64,000 bases of DNA from Tubiluchus corallicola (Eukaryota > Animalia > Priapulida): contig JAQGDQ010000209.1 of the NCBI GenBank assembly GCA_030141605.1, positions 322,779 to 386,778 on the forward strand. Reading direction: 5' to 3'. The translations under genes and the position numbers were made by a program. This document shows, piece by piece, positions 55,141 through 64,000 of this stretch (positions are counted from its first letter, which is position 1; each line of letters opens with the position of its first letter). A model generated the notes under the pieces. It had not been told where the DNA came from and did no database searches. It worked only from the letters and a program-made list of their open reading frames with translations.

Positions 55141-56619
55141 GGATGAACGCTAATTTTGCTGCTTATACTAAATGACATTATTTTGCCTTAATTTGAAAGC
55201 TTTGAGTTACCTAACTTTTGATATTTTAATGGTCGATATGGATTTGCACAATTATTTCATTAACAGATATCCGCTAGAAACGCTCTAGTCGCCACATTTA
55301 ACGAACTACCATGGAAATTTAAGTCCCGTGTTATACAGAGCTGGACATAATCCGTAAGGCGTAAGCCGTGAGGAGAAAAAGCCGTCTCAGGAAAAATGAA
55401 CTTATGCTAACCAATGGTCCCTGTCAGACAGTTCAATTGCAATCGTCCGCCTTCCGCGGTTTGCCTTTGAGCAGTTCGTAAGGCGCCTTATTGCGAAATG
55501 AATTTTGCGCTTAAATTATGGCGGACATTTTGGGTCAACCCTAACGTGGTAATTAGCATGTTCGTGATTTTGCATTGCACAATTCGTTTATATCATAATA
55601 ATTCATAATAGAATGGTCTCGTAAACATTAAAAAGCAATTTCTAAACGTGACATTTCACTAATATTGCAATTAGATACCTGAATCACCAAAAAGGAATTA
55701 TGGCAATTACTATTACTGTCTTACTATTAACACAGAGTAAAGAGCATATCGCCGATTATGGTATAGGCCTACTTGGCAGATGGAAGACAACCTTATGGAT
55801 TATGGCTTGCTCTTTACTCCTTTTTCTGTGTGACACAGACCTTACACACACTCATTAAAAAACTTAAAAGAAGCCATCAACATAACGCCACTGCTAAGCC
55901 AGTTATCTAGAAAGAAAGCATGTAGCTTAGAATGTAAGATTACATATTAAATAAATAAATAAAATACATAGAATGCGAAAGATTTGCAACTGGGTGCATA
56001 GAAAAATTCAAAATCTTAGACATTCGGATCTGTCCTTGAGAGACACAAAGACGTCATTTTAACCGGCTGCTACACACCAGCGGTGTGATTGGCAGATATT
56101 TTGAAAAGGGCACTAATATCAAGAATTCTAAAAGCCGCCCATATTTCGTATAAACCATAACGCTCGCTTGCTTGTACATCATAATGATTCTGATGAACAT
56201 CGTTTCGTGTAGAAATTTTTGATGAAGTTAATCGATCCTTTAGAAAAATCACATGTAGGTGATCTGATGCACTAAGTGCTCTAAAAACGACCACGTTCGG
56301 CTGTGTTTAATGTTTAAAAGCCGACGGACAAATTTCACCTATCGTGTTAACTGCTTTGCACAGTTGCACTAAAAAATAAATGAACGCCTCGAGACGCTCG
56401 ACGGCTTCAACGTTTAAAGCTTTGTATTTGAAAGTTATCGTCAGCGCTTGATTTGTCCTAGGCCCGCCCACTGCACCTGTTTCCTAAGGCCACTATTATG
56501 TTCTTGTTAGATGATTTAGTTTTATTTTTGAAATTCAAATTCGAACAACCGCAACGTAAGATGTTACTATGCCCATTTTTATGAGGAAATACAATTACAT
56601 GTGTTAGATAGTAGCATTT

Positions 56620-56850
56620 GAGAAGCACGAGTTGTGTAAAGCAATGTAGTGCATTACAAGACACTACAGTACAGTACGCAGCACTACAGTGCATTACTAG
56701 ATTACAACTGTGATATAATACCAAACAATATAATGTGATACGATGCGTTACAATACAATAAAATGCAATACGATACACTACAAACAATACAGTAAAGTTT
56801 AAAGCAGTGCTGTACTCTTAATATAATGCAGTACAGTGCAATCTGCATAA
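56620..56850. repeat. Degenerate pentamer (TACAR/TGCAR) low-complexity repeat
   Basis: 5-nt periodicity visible by eye. Confidence 0.7.
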
Positions 56851-59739
56851 CAATGTCTGCAACAAAAAAATGTGGTGTTTTAGGCCTAAACATAGCGTGC
56901 ATTGAGGGAGGCTTACATAGCGTGCATAGAGGAAGTCTTATTTGCAAACAGTGAATTTGTTGTGGGCATCACACGGTAATGCTCCCGGGGAAAGGGTAAA
57001 GAACTGCTTCCCAAAAATTCTCTTCAAGCACCGCTTTTTATTGTAAACGCTGATCATTTTCTAAGTAAACTCACTGGGCGATTTGGTAAGCCTTCTATGG
57101 TAAAATTCAATCATTGCCTATTATCAGAAAAGGCATTTGACTTTCAATTTGGTTTCGCGGGTAAGAGATAAACCAGTTTACAAGAGATGATGAAAATGAA
57201 TGAGCGGCTATAGTAATGAGTAAGAGCACTCTTCTTAGCAGGACATCTACAGATGACGTTAGGCAGTGATGAACTATTTGCCTTGCGTCCTTTTGGGATC
57301 TCTGTAGGAGACAGAAATTTGTGCTCCATAACTCTGATTAATGGGACGATTTTGATGAGGTCAGGGAGAAACGTGATGTGAACATTAAGAAGATGCCAAT
57401 TATCGGTTTTTCTGTGGTTAAAATTGCTTTAGCATAGAAATCATTTAACCTAGCATTTTCTCACTAGAATTGTTTTATGCTGTGTAGCGATGTAGAAACT
57501 GGGTACCTAAGAACGCCCAAACTATACTTTGCAAAAAAAAACGAAAAGTAGCAGCATACACAAACCTTTCTCAGCAAATGAGCAAACCCAATTTTAAGAG
57601 GGTATTCATCTTGAAATCCTAGCAACAGCAAGATAGACGTCACGAATTCCATTGCAGTTGCCGGCTTTTTGTATCGGCATTGTTTACTTTTTTAAATACG
57701 GATAATTTGGGATTTACTGCTGATATCGTGCAGCAAATCATCAAAATTCATAAAATTTCGTTTACTACTGGCACGTTTAACCTAAAACAAGTTACAGAAG
57801 AGTAGTGAAAAACACCCAGAAACAAAAAGTGCCACTTATCGCCCACTCTAGCTGCAGGCTGGTAGATCTAAATATTAAAAGCTACGTACAATGGCAAAAT
57901 GTCAGCTTTTCGTGCTAGAAACTCGTGGATTCTACTCGCACGTTTTCACTTCCCAATAATTTTCAGTGTAATCATGTAAAGCAAAGCAGCCAAAATGACG
58001 CACGAACTAACATATCTTTGCCAGATTGAAGAAACGACATTAGCAACTTACGTCATCTAATTGCATTTCATTAACTCTTTAAATTTTCAGCAGCAATATT
58101 GAAACCAGTTAAGTATTGTGTAGGCCTACTTTAGTCATTTTAATTGCTATTCATTCTTCTGTTTTATTAGGTGTAATGATAGGCATGTTGCTCAATTTCT
58201 TCGCTGTCCTATTCAATTACAGTGGGCTGTAACGGAAGCATAATAACAGCTCCTATTTTTATAGACGCAAAGCCCTAGTAAGATTTAAATATTCGCGCCT
58301 ACCCACTGAGAATTAGAATATAACGCACTAAAGATTCAATTATGTAAATGGATCCAGTGTGAAATAAAAACCGAAGGTTTAAAATCTCGTTTACGACTGC
58401 AAGGATGTTCATCATTACTTTAGTTTAATAACTCATGAAAATATTATTATTATGCATACATGAGGTTTTCATTTCACAAATTTTAATTCGTTTCGGTGAA
58501 TTTATTCATTTTGGCGTCGTTTGTCTCAGTAAAGAGTAATCTAATCTATTTGAAAAATTCGAGAATAATGAAGACGGCTCATATAAGTAGCATGTGTTTT
58601 TCGAAATCTGCAATGTTAACTAATTGTTGTTGGCGTTTAGTTAGTATTTGATACCTTGAATTAATTTCTGATACTGATAAGCTAATTAACTTCTCTCTTA
58701 TTTTAGTTCAGGATACGTTTTATTTTTAACTTGTAACCTTAAAATTATATTGCAATGTATGCATGTCTCTAAAATAAAAAAATTAGTTTTTTATATATAA
58801 TTATAAGTACTATATTTTTTGTTTTAATCAATTTGTGCTCATTTTATCACCTGAACTTAAACCTCAAAGCTTTTGAGTCTTTTATTTATTTCTTTGGATA
58901 ATTTTTTATAACTGCATGTATAGTTTGTACTGTTTTAATTTGTACTTCATATTTTGTCTTCTTTATGTTTATTTATATTTTGTGATGCTTTAATACACTT
59001 GACCTGGACGCAAAAGAGCCTATGGCTTAATCTAGCTATCGAATAAAGACCTTACTTACCATAGCTTATACGTTATCAAAGTAAGCATAATGCATATAAC
59101 TAATCGTATTTCACTGTGGTTTGGGCAGCGATTTTATACTTTTCTGTTTTCCTACCTCTCAGCTCTTTTTGTGATTCTCCTTTTCAAGTGTGATGTTTGT
59201 TTTGCGTATTATTAATAAAAAAGCCAAAAATTTGCATTTAGTAATTTTATGTGATTTTCCTCCTTTTCAATTTTCATTTAATGACAATAGTTTAAAACCT
59301 TTGCTTAATAGTGGAATTTTTCATTAACTGTGCCTATTCCTTTCGCTAAGAATTGAATAAGTGTTAAAATTATGCATATTACAATGCGCAAAATTTAGAC
59401 GATTTATAAAATTCCAAGGCATTTCATATAACATAGATGCATTTCGAGGAAAGTGCGAAATAAATGTTTTAGCTTTGACACTTTTACAATTTACCTAGAT
59501 GTTTTGTATAATTGCTAAGATCTACATAGAAGGCGTAAAGCGACTTTGGCAATGCGTAAAGTGAAAATAATTCGCGTTTAATATTAACTTTTCCTAGGTA
59601 TTTTATACATTACTAAGTTATTGTATAGAACGACTTGAAACGACTTTGTCAATATATTAAATTAGCCAAGAGTTCGAGTAAGGTGGTGAGTTTATTCTTT
59701 TATTAGCAACGGTTGCAACATCATTATCTCTGACAAACT

Positions 59740-59915
59740 GCTCGATCAGGTGAACCACTTTAAATACCTAGAAAGTCTAGAAAGTCTGCTGTCCAACAAA
59801 TGCACTTCCGAATAGGATGTACAACATTAATTGGAGCAGCTTATGTGGCCTTTGGTGAATTTGGGGAACAGGTCTTTAAGAGCAAAAATCTAAACCCAAA
59901 AATGAAAATCTTCAG
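59740..59915 (+). mobile_element. RTE-type LINE RT fragment
   Basis: VNHFKYLES...FRIG...AFGEFGEQVFKSKNL..KMK. Confidence 0.6.
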
Positions 59916-60719
59916 TTTTACATCAATCTGTCGTCATTTTAATTTTGCTTTACTGACAGTTGTAAAACTTGGACTCTCTATTATTGTGACGTTAATCAAT
60001 TGTAACCTTTCTATTCTGAACGTTACTTGCGACTAGTACATTACTAAAATCATCGTTCTCGAAAAAGGAAATAGCATCTAGTCAACTACCATAAAATATA
60101 GCAAAGACCACAGACACTTTTGTCATATTTTTAGATGCCAGGATTTTTAAACACGATGAGGACACAAGTCGAAGCACGAAGCATCATGAAGTCTTGTCAG
60201 TGACTGTCTTCGTTAGACGTGTCATTAGAAAGTGAAGACCATGTCCCTCATCAAATTCTCTTCAGTGAATTCGCAACTTAAAAAAGATCAAGAGGATGCC
60301 GCTACAAAGACCTATGGAATCTGTTCAAACAAACAGGAATCATGGCCAGAACTTTCGTAAGTCCAGCAGCATTCCAAATGGCATCGGATCATCCACAAAA
60401 GCACCCAACATTTCAAGACCAAAAAGAGCGAAAAAGAAAAGGCCATCAATCCTGCCCCATCGCATGTATCATGCAAGAATTTGTTTTCCGGTGCCATCAG
60501 CGTTACCTCCAAACAGAGGAAGCTTCTTTCGAGAAACGACATTGGAAGAAACTTAAATTCTCAGACACGAGAAAAGATCAATAAACGAGTGAACGAATGT
60601 ATTTACCACATTAATTTCCAATCACACAGAAACACAACTCATTTCACACTTTCTCTAAAATATAATCAGACTATATATGGTTAATAAACGAGGTCTATAG
60701 TACAGTGCATAGACAGGCT

Positions 60720-62110
60720 CCCCAGACTTGTACTGCTTGGTGACCTTGGCGACACCTCCCGAGTCTGGAGTTGACCGAGATGACTCCCTGGATTGCTTAC
60801 CCTGAGGTTGTGCGCTGCCGAGGGTAGCAGAGAGTCGATCCTTTTCCGTATCTGCTAAAACATCAAGAGTTCACTCGGAAAGAATCCACAGGATGTCGGT
60901 GTTCTCTGATACTGCATCAGGAACTCTTGAAGAGCTCGCTTTGGGGGCAGAGAAGACTTCCTGAGAACTTGCTTGAATGTCTGCACCAAGCATTCTGCTG
61001 CTCCCTTGGTAGCTGGATGGTATGATGCTCCTGTGAGATGTCTAATCCCACATTCTTTGCATGGAACTGTTCAGATCTAGTGGACGTGGAAGACTTAGGG
61101 TGAATGCAGGGATACATCAGTGATCACCAGCCAGTTCATACCTATGAAGTTAATGGCGTGGTCCAGGTGTAAGCGGCTCTATGGCTTCTCTGGTAGCATC
61201 CGTGGGTGAACTGCAGGCTTGGATGGCTTCTTTTGATGTTCTCGATAGCTGCATCGATACCAGGCCAGTAGACAGCAGTTCTTGCTAACTGCTTCATGTG
61301 TTCCATGCCGAAGTGCGCGATATGCAGTAGATCCAGGATCTTGGACTGCAGGCTCTGTGGAATCACAACTCTTGATCCATGAATGAGGCATCTGTGGCAG
61401 ATACTGAGTGAGTATCCGGAACTTTTCGACTTCTTCGTTGATCTCAGCGTGCTTGGGCGGCCACAATTCTCGGACGTAGCACTTGACTGTAGATAGCACT
61501 GGGTCTTTCTCTGTCTCGTGCCGGAGGATTTTGGCGTCCACAGGCTTGACTTGAAGACTGAGAACTTTGATGGCACACACCATGTCCTTGTCTACACCAT
61601 TTTCCTCCCTGTCGAAGTTGTTGTTGTCTCCAGATGGCAAGCGACTAAGGGCATCTGCATTGCTGTGATCTGCTGTTTTCTGGCACTCAATGGTGTACTC
61701 AAACTGGTTCAGCCACAGGGCTCACCGAGCTAGATGATTAGTTGCAAGAAGTGGCGTCCCTTTCTTCGATCCAAAGAGTGATGTCAGTGGCTTATGATTA
61801 GTCACCAGTAAAAAATGATGCCCGTAGAGGTACTGGTAGAATTTCCACAAGCCGAAGGTGATGGCTAGGGCTTCTTTGTGGATTTGGTTGTAGTTCCTTT
61901 CTGCAGCTGTGAGAGTCTTGGACACATTGGCAATTGTGCGCTCGCTTCCGTTTGGATAGCGATGAAACAGGACAGCTCCAATTCCAGTGTCGGATGCATC
62001 ACAAGCCAATCCCACAGGCTTGTCTGGGTCGAAATGCACCAGGACTTCCTCATCTCCCCACTTCCAGGGAACTGACTTTTTGGTCAAGCGGTAAAGAGGC
62101 TCTGCCATAT
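60720..62110 (-). pseudogene. Frameshifted and deleted pol remnant (RT tail, RNase H, integrase)
   Basis: ORFs 61722-62339, 61179-61640 and 61142-61576 carry consecutive pol motifs in different frames. Confidence 0.85.
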
Positions 62111-62275
62111 CTTCATAGCGTCCATATCTTCTTTGTGCTGCTGTGCCTGCCGATACATCTGTTCCCTCTGGATATGAATCTGCTGCGCCTGCTGATTCAT
62201 CTGTTCCTTCATAAAGTCGACAATCTGCTCCGCCATCATTGCTAAGATAAACAACTGTCCACTGAGTCACCAAGG

Positions 62276-62294
62276 ATCCTGACGACTGTGCCCA
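62276..62294 (-). promoter_or_regulatory. Primer-binding site, tRNA-Ser-like
   Basis: TGGGCACAGTCGTCAGGAT resembles the complement of a tRNA-Ser 3' end (TGGCGTAGTCGGCAGGAT, recalled from memory). Confidence 0.6.
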
Positions 62295-62298
62295 TATT

Positions 62299-62638
62299 TG
62301 TTGCGTTTCTTTCTCTCGGACGGCTCGTAGATAAAACAAGAAAACACGTTGTCAAATTGAACAGGTTTATTGTGTGAGAATTCCACAACACAAAAGTATG
62401 AAGGAACGCGAAATATACACAGTCAAGTGATAAAAAATAGCATACGATAATCTGAGAATCTGAAATTAATCTGAGAATACGAGAATAAACTTTCGCGGCC
62501 AGCTCCGCCTTGTATATCACTGCACATGGACTAAAGCAGAACAATCTAGGAACTACTACGCGCATCGCGTATTGAAAGTTCTCGAATCTTCTACAAGGTA
62601 AGAAGATTGGTCTACTATACTATAGAATCTCCACAACA
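62299..62638 (-). repeat. 5' LTR (TGTTG...CAACA, 340 bp)
   Basis: 5-bp inverted termini, internal AATAAA, and a PBS immediately downstream. Confidence 0.75.
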
Positions 62639-63029
62639 AAAACCCAGTTTAATTTGTTTCCGCAATTTTTCATAAATCTCATAAACAAAAATATCATACA
62701 CCAGAACACAAGGTATAACGAATATTACATTAAATATTGCAGAACTAACGTTGCTAAACATTTTGTGTCCTTTGTAAGTACAAATGGAACCAGTGGTTTG
62801 GAATTCTATTTCTTGTAATATTAAAACAGTATCACGGCTACGTAGATTTAAGAAGATGATGAAAACGTATCTCTTAAATACATATTAGGTGGACTTGACC
62901 TTGACCATTCTACCCATATTGTATACATGTACTATGTTGGACGCCACTCAGTCTATCCCTGTTTTAGCTTAGCTGCAAGCAGTTGCATATTAATTGTTCA
63001 CATATGAATTGCTCCCTTGATAAGAAATT

Positions 63030-63246
63030 GAAGGTCTTTAGATCATGCATATTAAAAGACTTCGCTCTGCAGTAAAACTTCTAATAATTTGTTTAAAAAT
63101 TGTGCACCGAAATCATACCTAAATTACGGTAATTGCATGGTGTTTCAAACGTTTTGATGATAAAGAATGTATGTGATCGAAGTGCTGAATTATTCGAAAC
63201 TATAGTTTTAGGTTCGAATCGAATTCGAACGATCGATGCTCACCCC
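63030..63246. mobile_element. Second (5'-truncated) copy of the hAT-type MITE at 3821-4164
   Basis: Aligns by eye with 3913-4164 (GCATATT..CTGCAGTAAAA..TAATTGCATG..TTTTAGGTT.GAATC.AATTCGAA..GATGCT). Confidence 0.75.
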
Positions 63247-64000
63247 GAGATGTCAACCGCTGAGTGCGCTGATCATTATGCAGAGTGCAGCCTTAGATAT
63301 AGATTATATTCACATATAAAATAATTCATGAGCAGTAACGTAAGAAAATGTTTCACGTGGGGGCAAGATTGGTCATCAGGTTAGCTACCCTTCTCATATT
63401 AAATTAATGAAAAGTCTTAGGCACTGCAAAATTAATAGAGCAAACTGAAAAATAATAAATGTGATAATAAGAAAATAATACGACAATGGAACTCACATTA
63501 ACAACTATAATTATGATTTATAAATAACACGTTTATGAATTATTTTCTAAACTATGTAATGTAATTTTCTAGTAACACGTATAAAATATTTTCTAGACTA
63601 TGAAATCACGTGTTTATGCAAAATTAAAACAGTTCACCCGTTTACTGTGCTGGGTTTCAAGTACATACGTTGCAAAATTATTAAAGGATAAGAAAAATGT
63701 GGAGGCGTTTCAGTGCTATTCAAGTCAAACACATGGTATATAAAAGCTGAAGGAGCAAGTCCGGTTTAGAGTTTAGGGTATTGATTCAATTTTTTTATTT
63801 TTGCTATAGAATTAGTCGTTAATAAAAATTTTCATTTATAAGCCCAGTTATTAATTTTTCTTGTAATAAATACTAAATTACAACCATCCAGTCAAAAATA
63901 CAAAATCGGTTTATTTGCAAATTTACAATTCAAAATCAGCTCAAAAGACATTTACCACGAAAAATGCATAAACAGTGTTAATTAAATGCATAAAAACATT

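Larger units (their letters stand above)
60553..62638 (-). mobile_element. Internally deleted Ty3/gypsy (Mag-like) LTR retrotransposon
   Basis: 5' LTR, PBS, gag N-terminus, RT tail, RNase H (LACDASDTGIGAVL..EALAI..TNHKPL), integrase zinc-finger start (HIAHFG...YWPGID), and a PPT-like GGGGAG near 60720. Confidence 0.9.

Noticed and set aside
57144-57400. Possible LINE RT fragment on the minus strand
   Set aside because: Only a faint FLPDLIKIVPL resemblance; too weak to call without a search.
49000-59700. Many 60-110 aa ORFs in the intergenic region
   Set aside because: No recognisable domains beyond LINE debris, low-complexity composition, and no consistent exon chain.

Overview
AT-rich, intron-rich animal (invertebrate-looking; taxon not assignable from sequence) genomic DNA. 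It holds three genes. (1) A cathepsin L gene on the minus strand: 6 coding exons at 1815-7679, the last exon beyond the window start, and a TATA/Inr promoter near 10.2 kb. (2) A complete POLR3A/RPC1 gene (RNA polymerase III largest subunit) on the plus strand, head-to-head with it: 33 coding exons at 12083-48012, 4134 nt, 1377 aa by my manual exon assembly. (3) An intronless orphan class A GPCR nested on the SAME strand in the intron after POLR3A coding exon 3. The most notable signal is a U12-type AT-AC minor intron (40073-41500) that splits the Pol III trigger loop; since U6atac is a Pol III transcript, this suggests a possible feedback loop. The rest is introns and intergenic DNA with MITEs, RTE/CR1-type LINE fragments, a Tc1/mariner remnant, mini- and microsatellites, and an internally deleted Ty3/gypsy element (about 60.55-62.64 kb). 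All exon boundaries and family calls were read by eye, with no database searches.
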